Under the pieces are notes generated by a model, which saw only the letters and a list, made by a program, of their open reading frames with translations, did no database searches and was not told where the DNA came from. This document shows, in pieces, positions 45,566-56,539 of a stretch of DNA of 64,000 bases. The DNA is from a bacterium (GTDB lineage: Bacteria > Desulfobacterota > Deferrisomatia > Deferrisomatales > BM512): positions 880-64,879 of the forward strand of contig SCTA01000027.1 in the NCBI GenBank assembly GCA_004322275.1, given 5' to 3'. The position numbers and the translations under genes are program-made. How positions within the stretch are numbered: position 1 is the first letter of the stretch; every line of letters begins with the position of its first letter.

Positions 45566-45985
45566 TTAGAGCATATCCAGGCCGTTGAAAAAGAATCCCT
45601 TTTCGCACGCGGCGGTTTCGTGGGCGTCGGAGCCGTGGACGGAGTTCTTCTCCATGTCCAGCGCGAAAAGCTTCCTGATGGTGCCTTCGGCGGCCTTCTC
45701 GGGGTTGGTCGCTCCCATTACCTCGCGCCACTTGGAGATGGCGTTCTCGCGTTCGAGAAGGAGCGCTACGATGGGGCCGGAGGACATGAAAGAAGTAAGA
45801 TCGCCGAAGAAGGGGCGCTCCTTGTGTACTGAGTAGAAAGCCTCGGCCTGCTCGCGGCTGAGTTTCAGTTTCCTCATGGCGCGGATGGTGAAACCTTCCT
45901 CTTCGATGCGGGCGACAATCTTTCCGATAATGTTTCTCGCCGTCGCGTCGGGCTTTATCATGGCGAGTGTCTGTTCTATAGCCAT
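45566..45985 (-). CDS. ndk: nucleoside-diphosphate kinase
   Basis: [14 protein letters not shown].. and NSVHGSD (active-site His). 139 aa. Confidence 0.95.
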   Translation of the reverse strand: MAIEQTLAMIKPDATARNIIGKIVARIEEEGFTIRAMRKLKLSREQAEAFYSVHKERPFFGDLTSFMSSGPIVALLLERENAISKWREVMGATNPEKAAEGTIRKLFALDMEKNSVHGSDAHETAACEKGFFFNGLDML

Positions 45986-46047
45986 TTTCCCTGGTGCTCC
46001 TTGTGTGTTTGCTGTCGCGGTTGTCTTATGCCTTTAATCTTTTGTGC

Positions 46048-47403
<1,356 letters not shown>

Positions 47404-47594
47404 TTACTTGACGCAGGGGCCGAAGTCAAGCGGAAGGCTTAAAAATAATTGCGTTCGTCTTAAAAAAGCCCGGCTGACGGCAACCCCCGGATGCCCACGC
47501 AAACGGCTTCGCACAACCTTGACACTTGTTTTGATTTTCGTTTTGCCTCAGGATAACGTTGAATGTCTTTTGCTTCCCGCCGAGAGGATAAAAC

Positions 47595-47990
47595 ATGAAA
47601 ACATTCACCCTTGGCACCAATACAAGGCAGTGTTTTATAGACGTTACCCAAAACGTATCCGGAATAGTCGGCGAATCCGGGGTATCCGAAGGGATATGCG
47701 TCGTATACGCTCCGCACACCACCGGCGGCCTTGCGATAAATGAAAACGAAGATCCCAACGTAAGCCGCGATATTCTCGAGTTTCTGAAAGACATGATTCC
47801 CGCCGGCTTCGCCTTCCGACACTCGGAGGGCAACTCCGACGCTCACGTCATGGCCACCCTCATCGGATCGAGCGTTACCGTTCCCATAACCGGCGGCAGG
47901 CTGGCTCTCGGGACCTGGCAGGGTATCTATTTCGTCGAATTCGACGGCCCCAGAAGCAGACGCTGCAACGTGACCGTTATCGGCAAGTAG
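47595..47990 (+). CDS. YjbQ/UPF0047-family protein (secondary thiamine-phosphate synthase)
   Basis: 131 aa. VYAPHTTGGLAINENEDPNV and GTWQGIYF are typical of the family. Confidence 0.85.
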   Translation: MKTFTLGTNTRQCFIDVTQNVSGIVGESGVSEGICVVYAPHTTGGLAINENEDPNVSRDILEFLKDMIPAGFAFRHSEGNSDAHVMATLIGSSVTVPITGGRLALGTWQGIYFVEFDGPRSRRCNVTVIGK

Positions 47991-48008
47991 AAAAACGGAA
48001 AAATCACG

Positions 48009-49052
48009 ATGATTTGTCCCGTTCCCATGGTGCGCGCAATGCGCGGCGGACTGGTGGAGAGCCTCCACAGGGGCCACCTCGCCGTGGCGAGGCCCGACGG
48101 AGCACTCCTCGACGCGCTCGGCGACCCCGATTTCCCCACCTTTCTTCGCTCGGCGGCTAAGCCCTTTCAGGCGATACCGGTGGTGGAAGACGGAGCCTTG
48201 ACGCGCTTTAGCCTCACTTCCGGGGAACTCGCCGTCATGTGCGGCTCCCATTCCGGCCAGTCTTTTCACGTCGAGGCCGTCCTTTCGATACTCTCGAAGA
48301 TCGGCGTGGAAGAAGCGGCGCTTCTTTGCGGCGTACACCCTCCAAGCCACAAACTCACTGCGAAAAGACTTCAGGAATCCGGCGAAAAACCCCGGCCGAT
48401 ACACAACAACTGCTCCGGCAAACACGCCGCCATGCTGGCCCTTTGCGTCTTTCACGGCTGGGATACGGAGGATTACGTTAATCCCGGACACCCTGTACAG
48501 ATACACATAAAAAAGGTTGTCGCGGAGTGCCTTGGCCTTTCTCTCGAAGAGCTGGGCGAAGGCACCGACGGCTGCGGCGTCCCGGTCTTCCGGGCTCCCC
48601 TCAGGGCGGTCGCGAGGGGCTACGCACGCCTCGCCTGGCCGAAGGGCGACGACACCCTCCCCGAGAAGCGCGTAAAGGCTATGCACCACCTTGTAAAGGC
48701 CTGCGTGGAGAATCCGGAGATGGTCGCGGGGGACGAGCGCATATGCACCGACGCGATGAGAGCCGCTCCCGGCAGGGTCTTGGCCAAGACCGGGGCCGAA
48801 AGCTCTTACGGCCTGTCAATTCTCGAAGCGGGAGTGGGGATTGCCTTCAAGATAGAGGACGGCTCGATGAGAGCGCTCCCCCCCGCCGTGGTAGAGATAC
48901 TCATTCGCTCGGGGACACTGCGAAGCACGGAAGTGGCTACCCTCTCGGCCTACCACCGGCAGATCATCAAAAACCACCGGAAGGAAACCGTAGGGGTGAT
49001 AGAGCCCTGTCTGAAATGGCACGGACTGGACAGGCCGGACCTGAGGAAGTGA
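48009..49052 (+). CDS. asparaginase (L-asparaginase II family, PF06089-like)
   Basis: VESLHRGH, RSAAKPFQA, MCGSHSG and NNCSGKHAAML motifs. Confidence 0.8.
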   Translation: MICPVPMVRAMRGGLVESLHRGHLAVARPDGALLDALGDPDFPTFLRSAAKPFQAIPVVEDGALTRFSLTSGELAVMCGSHSGQSFHVEAVLSILSKIGVEEAALLCGVHPPSHKLTAKRLQESGEKPRPIHNNCSGKHAAMLALCVFHGWDTEDYVNPGHPVQIHIKKVVAECLGLSLEELGEGTDGCGVPVFRAPLRAVARGYARLAWPKGDDTLPEKRVKAMHHLVKACVENPEMVAGDERICTDAMRAAPGRVLAKTGAESSYGLSILEAGVGIAFKIEDGSMRALPPAVVEILIRSGTLRSTEVATLSAYHRQIIKNHRKETVGVIEPCLKWHGLDRPDLRK

Positions 49053-49053
49053 A

Positions 49054-50016
49054 TCAACCCCCGAAGTAGGGATGTAATTCCGGGTAATAGCAGACCAGAG
49101 GATCGCACTCCCTGCCGAAGCGCGAAGCGTAGGCTTCAAGCGCCTCCACCCTTCCGAGCGCCGGATTGTCGATGAAGCGGCGCACCATCTTTACGTTCGC
49201 GACCTTCCCGGAGGTAGGCCCTCCCCTTCCCACCAGCTTCTGAACCGCCACCCCTCTTTCGATAAGCGGCCCTATGGCGCAAAGGCCGCAGGAAAAGCGC
49301 CTGTCGCAGGAACTCCACCTCTCAAAGCGCCTTCTCAGCGGATGGTCTTTAGCAGCGCTTACCCTCTGCTCTATCTCGCAGGGCCAGCGCTTGTCCGGGG
49401 CGGTGTGCTGGAAAAAGCAGTGCGCCTCCTCGTTGGGGCACTTTCCTACCAGCACGAAAGCCTCGAAGGTAAGACCGGGCAAAGCCGCCGTTATCTCTTC
49501 CGTTTCACCCAGCGTCAGGTGGCGGGGCAAAACTGCTCTGCTGATGCCGAGTCCGGCGAAAAAATCGAAAGCGCTCGCGTTCAGCGTCCCGGCCATCGTC
49601 GAAAGGGTGATTTCAAGGGGGATTTTGGCTTCGCGGATATTAACGATAAGTCCCGGATCCCCGGCGATTACCCCCTTCACTCCGTATTCCGCCGCCCTCT
49701 TCGCCAGTCCGAGAAGTTTCTTCTGTATCTCCGGCGGATTCTGGGGGGCGTTCATCGTCAGGTAGACGGGAACGTTTCGCGAGGCGGCGAGGGCTACGGC
49801 CTTTGCGAATTCCTTTTCGGAGGAGAACTGGGCCGAGGCGAAGGTGCGCTGGTTCGGGCTTATCCGCCCGGAAACCCAGTCGTCGGGCAGGACTCCGCCG
49901 TAGAGCTCGTCGGCGCCGGCCTCGATCAGGGGGAGTGTCTCTTCAGGATTGTCGAAGGGGGAAAGAAGAAGGGGTTTCTCGATTTTTTGTCGCATGGGAC
50001 GGTGCCCTTTCGCCAC
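49054..50016 (-). CDS. peptidase U32 family protein
   Basis: AGADELYGG near the N-terminus, a TIM-barrel-like pattern and a C-terminal Cys cluster. An alternative start is the ATG at 49995. Confidence 0.75.
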   Translation of the reverse strand: MAKGHRPMRQKIEKPLLLSPFDNPEETLPLIEAGADELYGGVLPDDWVSGRISPNQRTFASAQFSSEKEFAKAVALAASRNVPVYLTMNAPQNPPEIQKKLLGLAKRAAEYGVKGVIAGDPGLIVNIREAKIPLEITLSTMAGTLNASAFDFFAGLGISRAVLPRHLTLGETEEITAALPGLTFEAFVLVGKCPNEEAHCFFQHTAPDKRWPCEIEQRVSAAKDHPLRRRFERWSSCDRRFSCGLCAIGPLIERGVAVQKLVGRGGPTSGKVANVKMVRRFIDNPALGRVEALEAYASRFGRECDPLVCYYPELHPYFGG

Positions 50017-50022
50017 GGCTGC

Positions 50023-50811
50023 TCACCGCATGTTGCGCGGTTTCCAGAGCTTTTCGTAACGGTAGTTCCACTCTTCCTTCGTCTCGTCGGCTTCGAGGAC
50101 GTCGCCTACGACGACTAGGGCCAGACTGGGCTCGGCGGAGACGGAGCCGACGTTGAAAGGGTCTCTATCCCCCACTCTTACGGCTATATCCTCAAGCGTT
50201 CCTTTGGTAACGGTCTCGCCGTCCGCGCCTATCCGCTCCAGAATGGCGATTCCCGTGGACGGCGGATAGGAATGGAGAAGCTCCCGCACCAGTTCTTCCA
50301 GGGGAAGGTTTATCATGTAGAGAATGAGGGTCTTGCCGGGGCCGCCGTAGTCGGAAAGCCTGACCCTGCCGCTTTTGGTTATCGCGCGCGGGCTCGTCAC
50401 CACCGTGCAGTGGGCGACTCCCGCCATGTCGTAAGTCTTCTTTAGAAGCGCGGCTGCGGCGCTGTGAGCCCCGACTCCGGGAATTACTACGGAGCGGTCC
50501 CTGAAATAGCCGACGAAGGACTGGAAGGGGGAAAAGGTCGAAAAGTCGCCGGGGACAAGGAAGGAGACGCTGCCGCGGGCGAGCCGCTCCTCGATCCACG
50601 CAACGAGGGTTTCGTAATCCATCGTGAAGGGGCTCGACACCTCTTTCCCCTCAAGGTATTCCGAGAAGGTATCGACGAAAAGCGCGGGAGAGAGTATCGC
50701 GACGCTCTCCCGTATGGCTTTAAGCCCGGCTATCGTCAGAAGGTCCGGGTCGCCGGGGCCGCAGGAGACGAAATATATTTTGTTGAAATCAGCCACCGAA
50801 AAGCCGCGCAA
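50023..50811 (-). CDS. tetrapyrrole (corrin/porphyrin) methylase family protein, CbiF/CobM-like
   Basis: IYFVSCGPGDPDLLT SAM-binding motif. The start is uncertain (ATG 50811 or GTG 50796). Confidence 0.7.
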   Translation of the reverse strand: MRGFSVADFNKIYFVSCGPGDPDLLTIAGLKAIRESVAILSPALFVDTFSEYLEGKEVSSPFTMDYETLVAWIEERLARGSVSFLVPGDFSTFSPFQSFVGYFRDRSVVIPGVGAHSAAAALLKKTYDMAGVAHCTVVTSPRAITKSGRVRLSDYGGPGKTLILYMINLPLEELVRELLHSYPPSTGIAILERIGADGETVTKGTLEDIAVRVGDRDPFNVGSVSAEPSLALVVVGDVLEADETKEEWNYRYEKLWKPRNMR

Positions 50812-51790
50812 AGAAGCCTTTTTGGGTTTCGCCCTGCTCTATCTGGCCCAGAGTAACCTTGGTCTCCGACCCCTTGTAGCCCACCTTTACATGAACGTTG
50901 AGGTTTGAAAGATTCACCCCTTCGTTCAGGGTTATCGTCAGGGGAAGGGTGATGGTTCTGGTAACGGCTCCGCCCTTTTTGTCCCTCTGGATAGTGAGGT
51001 CCAGGGAGCGCTCCTCCACGGCGGAGGCGAAAACGCTCCCGGCCGGAGCGGCGGCGGGCGCGGCGGGCTTTTGAACCGGCGAAGCAGGCGAAACGGGGGG
51101 TGCAGCAGCCTGCACCGGCGCAGGGGCGGTCTCGGAAGGCGCCGGCGCGGGTTTTTCCTCGGGAGCAGGCGCCGGGGCGGCGGCCTTTCCTGCGCTTCCC
51201 TTCTGCTGTTTCTGGCGAAGGTCCTCAAGCACCTGTTTGCAGATCGCCCTCATCGCCTCCATTATACCGGTTCCGGCGGCGGCGTTCGTCTCGAAATCGG
51301 GCACTCCGCGGTGGTTCAGTTCGCGGCGCATCTCCTCGACGCTCATGATGTTGGGCATGTCGCGCTTGTTGTACTGAATGACGAAGGGGATGGTCTCGGG
51401 GTCGAAGCCGTGGACTTTAAGGTTCTCGTAGAGGTTCTGGAGGGATTCCTCGTTTTGTTCCCTCATGCCCACCTGGGAGTCCGCCACGAAGACGACGCCG
51501 TCGGCACCCTTCAGAACGAGCTTTCTGGTGGTATTGTAAAAAACCTGTCCGGGAACCGTGTAGAAGTTGAATTTCACCCGGAACCCGCCGATTTTTCCGA
51601 AATCCACGGGAAAAAAGTCGAAAAAGAGGGTGCGGTCGGTTTCAGTCGCGAGACTGACCAGTTTTCCCTTGTTCTCGGGGTTAATTTTTGAATGAATACA
51701 CTGGATGCTTGTGGTCTTGCCCGACAGTCCCGGTCCGTAATAGACGATTTTGGCAGACATTTCACGGGCCGCGTAATTGATTATCGCCAT
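50789..51790 (-). CDS. MglA/SofG-family small GTPase with a long C-terminal extension
   Basis: KIVYYGPGLSGKTT P-loop, TLFFDFFPV, VPGQ (G3) and YNKRD (G4). These are followed by a Pro/Ala-rich linker, a ~70-aa domain and the terminal KGFFARLFGG. Confidence 0.8.
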   Translation of the reverse strand: MAIINYAAREMSAKIVYYGPGLSGKTTSIQCIHSKINPENKGKLVSLATETDRTLFFDFFPVDFGKIGGFRVKFNFYTVPGQVFYNTTRKLVLKGADGVVFVADSQVGMREQNEESLQNLYENLKVHGFDPETIPFVIQYNKRDMPNIMSVEEMRRELNHRGVPDFETNAAAGTGIMEAMRAICKQVLEDLRQKQQKGSAGKAAAPAPAPEEKPAPAPSETAPAPVQAAAPPVSPASPVQKPAAPAAAPAGSVFASAVEERSLDLTIQRDKKGGAVTRTITLPLTITLNEGVNLSNLNVHVKVGYKGSETKVTLGQIEQGETQKGFFARLFGG

Positions 51791-51802
51791 TGGATACCCT
51801 TT

Positions 51803-52543
51803 TTAAGTCTTTTTCAGATATATCAAAAACTCGACGTTCCCCTTTTTGGCCCCCGTTATCGGAGACGTGGTTTCGCCGAGTACCTCAAAACCTAATAATT
51901 TAGCATTATTGCATACTTTCTCAAGGGCTTTTTTTCTTAACGCTGAATCCTTGACGACTCCGCCTTTGCCCACCTGCCCTTTTTCGACTTCAAACTGGGG
52001 CTTGACCAGAGCGATTACGGACGCTTTTGGTTTTATAAGATTAAAAACTCCCGGCAGGACGAGATCCAGAGAAATAAAGGAGGCGTCGATTACCGCCAGG
52101 TCGCAAAGCTCCCCGAGTTCTTCCGCGGTAAGGTGGCGAACGTTGCAGCGCTCCACGCTCACCACCCTTTTGTCTTCTCGGAGTTTCCAGGCGAGTTGCC
52201 CGTACCCCACGTCCACGGCGTAGACCTTTTTTGCCCCCCTTTGCAGGAGGCAGTCCGTGAACCCGCCGGTGGAGGCTCCCACGTCTACGCAAACCATCCC
52301 CTCGGGATTAACCGGAAAGGCGTCGAGAGCCGCTTCCAGTTTGAGCCCTCCCCTGCTGACGTAGGGGTTGTGCTCGCCCTTTTGCCTTATTCCGGATTCG
52401 GGGTCGACCAGTTGCCCGGCCTTCGCCGCCGTGTGATCCCCGACGATTATAGTCCCCGCCATTATCATCGCCTGCGCCCTGGACCGCGTCGGGGCGATAC
52501 CTCTTTCCACCAGAAGCTGGTCAAGCCGTATCTTTCCGCTCAC
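51803..52543 (-). CDS. tlyA: TlyA-family rRNA (cytidine-2'-O)-methyltransferase
   Basis: S4-like RLDQLLVERGIAPTRSRAQ and FtsJ-type VDVGASTGGFTDCLLQRGA. Confidence 0.9.
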   Translation of the reverse strand: MSGKIRLDQLLVERGIAPTRSRAQAMIMAGTIIVGDHTAAKAGQLVDPESGIRQKGEHNPYVSRGGLKLEAALDAFPVNPEGMVCVDVGASTGGFTDCLLQRGAKKVYAVDVGYGQLAWKLREDKRVVSVERCNVRHLTAEELGELCDLAVIDASFISLDLVLPGVFNLIKPKASVIALVKPQFEVEKGQVGKGGVVKDSALRKKALEKVCNNAKLLGFEVLGETTSPITGAKKGNVEFLIYLKKT

Positions 52544-54423
52544 CTTCCCGCTTCCGTGACGGCTTTGAAAATCCCCTCCTCGTCCAGGCCGATCTCCTTT
52601 TTCAGCTCGATTTGAGAGCCGTGGGTGACGAAGCGGTCAGGGAGGCCGAGTCTTTTTACCGGCCGGCAAATGGAGTTGTCGGCGAGAAGTTCGAGCACGG
52701 CGCTTCCGAACCCACCCTGAAGGACGTTTTCTTCAACCGTAACGACCCCCTTGCACGATTTGGCCAAGCCAATTATGGCCTCCTCGTCGAGGGGCTTGGC
52801 GAAGCGGGCGTCGAACACGGAGACCTTCACGCCTTCTTCCTCAGCGCGCTTTACGGCCTTTTGCGCGGTGGCAAGGCAGGTGCCGAGGCAGAGAAGCGCT
52901 ACCGACCCCTCGCCACCGTCCTTCAAAAGGTTCCCCTTGCCTACCGGCCAGACCGAAGGAGTCTTATCCATCTCAACGCCTACGGAGTGTCCTCTGGGGT
53001 AGCGCAGGGCACAGGGGGTACCGAGGCTGAGGGCGGTGGCGAGCGCGTTTACAAGTTCGTTTTCGTCGGAGGGGGCCATTACCGTCATGCCGGGTATGTG
53101 GCGAAGGTAGGAGATGTCGAAAGCCCCGTGGTGGGTGGGACCGTCGGCGCCCACCAGCCCGGCGCGATCGAGCGCGAAGACGACGGGAAGCTCCTGAAGG
53201 GCCACGTCGTGGACGATCTGGTCGTAAGCCCGCTGCATGAAGGTCGAGTAGATTGCGACTACGGGCTTTAACCCTTCCGCCGCCAGACCCGCAGCGAAAG
53301 TGACGGCGTGCTCCTCGGCGATGCCTACGTCGAAAAAACGCTCGGGAAGCTGCGCTTCAAAGCCGGAGAGTCCCGTCCCCTCGGTCATCGCGGCGGTAAT
53401 GGCGACGATTCTGGGGTCCTTTTTCGCCATTTTGAGGAGCGCCTCGCCGAATACCGCCGTGTAGGAAGGTGCGCACCCGGCGGTGACTTTGGACTCGCCG
53501 TTCTTGATGTTGAAGGGGCCTACTCCGTGGTAGGTGACCGGCCTCGACTCGGCGGGCAAAAAACCCTTGCCCTTCTTCGTCACGACGTGAACCAGCACGG
53601 GCTTCTGGTATTTGGCGATGTTGCCGAAAGCCTTCAGAAGGTGGCTCATGTTGTGGCCGTCTATGGGGCCGAAGTAGGTAAACCCCAGTTCCTCGAAGAG
53701 CATTCCGGGAGAGATCAGACCCTTGGCGTGCTCTTCCATCTTTTTGGCGATTCTGGCCATGGATTCGCCGCCCGGTATAGACTTCAGGACCCCGCGCACG
53801 TCCTTTCGCACCTTGAAATAAAACTCGTTGGAAAGGACGCGGGAGAGGTACCCGGAGAGCGCCCCAACGTTCCTGGAGATGCTCATCTCGTTGTCGTTAA
53901 GGACGACGATAAGATCGCGGTCCTCGTGGCCGGAATTGTTGAGCCCCTCAAAAGCCATCCCCGAATTCATCGAGCCGTCGCCGATAACGGCTATCACCTT
54001 GTTTCGCTTATTCGTCAGGTCTCTTGCGGCCGCCATCCCGAGAGCGGCGGAGATTGAGGTGGAGGAGTGGCCGGTGCCGAAGGAATCGTAGGGGCTCTCG
54101 GAGCGCTTCGGAAAGCCGCTGAGACCGCCGTACTGGCGGATTGTCCTGAACTCTTCCTTCCTTCCCGTGAGTATCTTGTGGACGTAGCTCTGATGGCCTA
54201 CGTCCCAGATGATCCTGTCCTCGGGGGTTTTGAAGACCGCGTGCAGGGCTATCGTCAACTCAACCACGCCGAGGCTGGAGGCGAGGTGTCCGCCTATCGG
54301 GGAGAGTTTTTCGAGGATGAAATCCCTCACCTCGTCCGACAATTTCTCAAGGTCCTCGCGGGAAAGGGTCCGAAGGTCGCGCGGGGACTTTATTTTCGGC
54401 AGGATGCAGTAGGAGTCCTTCAT
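52540..54423 (-). CDS. dxs: 1-deoxy-D-xylulose-5-phosphate synthase
   Basis: Start MKDSYCILPKI.. (ATG 54423, overlapping the ispA stop as ATGA). GHSSTSISAALGMA and the TPP motif GDGSMNSGMAFEGLN. Confidence 0.95.
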   Translation of the reverse strand: MKDSYCILPKIKSPRDLRTLSREDLEKLSDEVRDFILEKLSPIGGHLASSLGVVELTIALHAVFKTPEDRIIWDVGHQSYVHKILTGRKEEFRTIRQYGGLSGFPKRSESPYDSFGTGHSSTSISAALGMAAARDLTNKRNKVIAVIGDGSMNSGMAFEGLNNSGHEDRDLIVVLNDNEMSISRNVGALSGYLSRVLSNEFYFKVRKDVRGVLKSIPGGESMARIAKKMEEHAKGLISPGMLFEELGFTYFGPIDGHNMSHLLKAFGNIAKYQKPVLVHVVTKKGKGFLPAESRPVTYHGVGPFNIKNGESKVTAGCAPSYTAVFGEALLKMAKKDPRIVAITAAMTEGTGLSGFEAQLPERFFDVGIAEEHAVTFAAGLAAEGLKPVVAIYSTFMQRAYDQIVHDVALQELPVVFALDRAGLVGADGPTHHGAFDISYLRHIPGMTVMAPSDENELVNALATALSLGTPCALRYPRGHSVGVEMDKTPSVWPVGKGNLLKDGGEGSVALLCLGTCLATAQKAVKRAEEEGVKVSVFDARFAKPLDEEAIIGLAKSCKGVVTVEENVLQGGFGSAVLELLADNSICRPVKRLGLPDRFVTHGSQIELKKEIGLDEEGIFKAVTEAGR

Positions 54424-55319
54424 CAGTTTTTCCTGGACGCTACGAATCTTGCGAGAGCCCGCAGGGGTTCGCCCCTCTCCCCGAAACGCTCCGTGGCCGC
54501 TACCGCTTCGGCGGTAATCTCTTCGAGCCTCCTGCGCGCCTCTTCGAGCCCCAGAAGCGCGGGATAGGTGGCTTTTTTGTTTCCTTCGTCGCTCCCCACC
54601 GGTTTTCCCAAGGTCGCGGTGTCTCCCGTGACGTCCAGAATGTCGTCGGCGATCTGGAAAGCCAGCCCCACCCTGTCCGCGTAGCGCGCCAAAGCCTTCT
54701 CCTCCTCTACGCCCGCTCCGGCGGCTATCGCACCGGTCAGCACCGAAGCCCGTATGAGCGCGCCGGTCTTGTGGGTATGGAGAAATTCGAGGGCGGGCAG
54801 CAGGAGCGTCTTCCCCTCGCTCGCTATGTCCAGAGCCTGCCCCCCCGCCATCCCCCTTCCCCCGGAGGATCTGGCTATCTCGTAGATGCACCTTAAAAGC
54901 ACCTGCGGAGGGTATTTATCAGCCATCGCGGGCGAGGAGAGCATGGTAAAGGCGTCGGCCAGAAGCGCATCTCCCGCGAGAATCGCCATCGCCTCGCCGA
55001 ATTTTATGTGGCAGGTGGGCTGCCCGCGGCGAAGGTCATCGTCGTCCATCGACGGAAGATCGTCGTGGATGAGACTGTAGGTGTGGATCATCTCTATGGC
55101 GGTTCCGAAGGGCAGCGACGGGGTTCCGTCGCCCGAAACGGCTTCGGCCGCAGCGTAGGCGAGCGCGGGGCGGAAACGCTTGCCGCCCGCGAAGAAGCTG
55201 TAGCGCATCGCGGCGAAAAGGTCGCAGGCCAGCCCCTCCTCCGGAGGAAGAACGCCGTCGGCGAGTTCATTCACGAGTCCGGATGTTTTCGCCAGATAAC
55301 CGTCGAGATCGAAAGTCAT
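54423..55319 (-). CDS. ispA: farnesyl-diphosphate synthase (polyprenyl synthetase)
   Basis: FARM LIHDDLPSMDDDDLRRG and SARM FQIADDILD. Confidence 0.9.
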   Translation of the reverse strand: MTFDLDGYLAKTSGLVNELADGVLPPEEGLACDLFAAMRYSFFAGGKRFRPALAYAAAEAVSGDGTPSLPFGTAIEMIHTYSLIHDDLPSMDDDDLRRGQPTCHIKFGEAMAILAGDALLADAFTMLSSPAMADKYPPQVLLRCIYEIARSSGGRGMAGGQALDIASEGKTLLLPALEFLHTHKTGALIRASVLTGAIAAGAGVEEEKALARYADRVGLAFQIADDILDVTGDTATLGKPVGSDEGNKKATYPALLGLEEARRRLEEITAEAVAATERFGERGEPLRALARFVASRKN

Positions 55320-55325
55320 TTTATG

Positions 55326-55577
55326 CTACTGTCCGCCTTCTTCTTCCGAAAAGTCCTCTTCCGTCAGTTCGCCGCTTGCCCGCCTTCTCAGAAGTTTAAC
55401 CTTCCTCTCGGCCTCGTCCAGCCGCCGGTGGCATTCCTTGCTTATCTCAACGCCGCGCCGGAAGGTCTCCATCGCCTCTTCCAGCGGAAGGTCCCCGCCC
55501 TCAAGCGAGTAGACCACCTTCTCAAGCTCTTCTATGAGTTCCTCGAACTTTTTGGGCTCGGGCTTCTTTTTAGTCAT
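55326..55577 (-). CDS. xseB: exodeoxyribonuclease VII small subunit
   Basis: 83 aa, FEELIEELEKVVYSLEGGDLPLEEAMETFRRG. The gene order xseB-ispA-dxs is the classic one. Confidence 0.9.
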   Translation of the reverse strand: MTKKKPEPKKFEELIEELEKVVYSLEGGDLPLEEAMETFRRGVEISKECHRRLDEAERKVKLLRRRASGELTEEDFSEEEGGQ

Positions 55578-55633
55578 GGCGATTATTCATGCTCCCTTGC
55601 GAATCACACACTTAAAAGGAGGCGGCAGTAAAG

Positions 55634-56521
55634 TCAAGGGGTTTCGGTCAGCCGAAGGACCGAATCGGGATCGACTTTTACCCCGCAAACGTAAGTCGAA
55701 AAGTGCAGGTGAGGACCCGTCGAGCGGCCGGTGGAGCCGACAAGTCCGACCGTCTCTCCGGCGGATACGCTCTTGCCCTCCGGGACCTTTATCTCCTGCA
55801 TATGAAAATACCCGGAAATGACTCCGCAGCCGTGGTCTATAAAGACGGTGTTGCCGGTGTAGAAAAAATCCCCGGTGAGAGCGACCCGGCCGCCGGAGGA
55901 GGCCTTTACCTCAGAACCCGCCGCGCCCGCTATGTCTATGCCGCCGTGGTAGCTGCCCCTCTTGCCGTTGTAGTAGCGGTCGAGGCCGAAGGGGCTGGAA
56001 TGAACGCCGGAAAGGGGCGTCGTCCAGCGAGGCTGCCAGTCGATGTCCTCGCTTCTAAGTCCAAGCGCCGCCGAGATTATCTCTTTCTCTCTTAAAGCTC
56101 TTTCGAGGTCTTCCTTTGACAAGGTTACCTTGGATTCGTCGACGGTGAGGCGCTGTTCGGGAAATTTTTTGTCTGAAACGGTGATTTCCTTTGAGCCGAG
56201 GGGGGATGGTTTGTCACCGGAGCCGCAGAAAAGTCTGAGAGTCCTCTTGCCGGGCGTCTCTTCCCTGTCGATCGCGAGGAAACCCTTCCATGCGCCGTCC
56301 CCGGAGGGGCGCAGCGGAAACTTTCTGCCGTCCAGCTCGGCCCATACCCTGCCCGTGGGACTTTCGTCTTCGACGCTGACCAGAAAGGCATCTCCTCTGG
56401 CGGGTTTCTCCTCTGAAAGGCGGATTCCGGCATGGGCCTTCGCGGAGGAAAGGGAGGCCGCCGAAAGACACAACAGTAAAAGCGCAACGAAGAGGCGATA
56501 CCTGAGAGGTTTGTTCAGCAA
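55634..56521 (-). CDS. M23-family metallopeptidase
   Basis: Signal peptide, then HGGIDIA and GSTGRSTGPHLHF (the HxxxD and HxH motifs). Confidence 0.85.
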   Translation of the reverse strand: MLNKPLRYRLFVALLLLCLSAASLSSAKAHAGIRLSEEKPARGDAFLVSVEDESPTGRVWAELDGRKFPLRPSGDGAWKGFLAIDREETPGKRTLRLFCGSGDKPSPLGSKEITVSDKKFPEQRLTVDESKVTLSKEDLERALREKEIISAALGLRSEDIDWQPRWTTPLSGVHSSPFGLDRYYNGKRGSYHGGIDIAGAAGSEVKASSGGRVALTGDFFYTGNTVFIDHGCGVISGYFHMQEIKVPEGKSVSAGETVGLVGSTGRSTGPHLHFSTYVCGVKVDPDSVLRLTETP

Positions 56522-56539
56522 TTTTATTCCAACCGGTTG

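Noticed and set aside
47460-48689. 409-aa minus-strand ORF
   Set aside because: It overlaps the yjbQ-like and asparaginase-family genes on the opposite strand and has no motifs and no SD.
51030-51210. Apparent tandem repetition in the DNA (gcgccggcg/gcggcgg-rich), also at 57150-57560
   Set aside because: These are coding low-complexity Pro/Ala linkers of the GTPase and the amidase, not non-coding tandem repeats or CRISPR-like arrays.
54424-54891. 156-codon N-terminal extension of the dxs ORF
   Set aside because: The extension overlaps ispA in another frame and is Arg/Gly-rich. The conserved Dxs N-terminus starts at the ATG at 54423, which overlaps the ispA stop.
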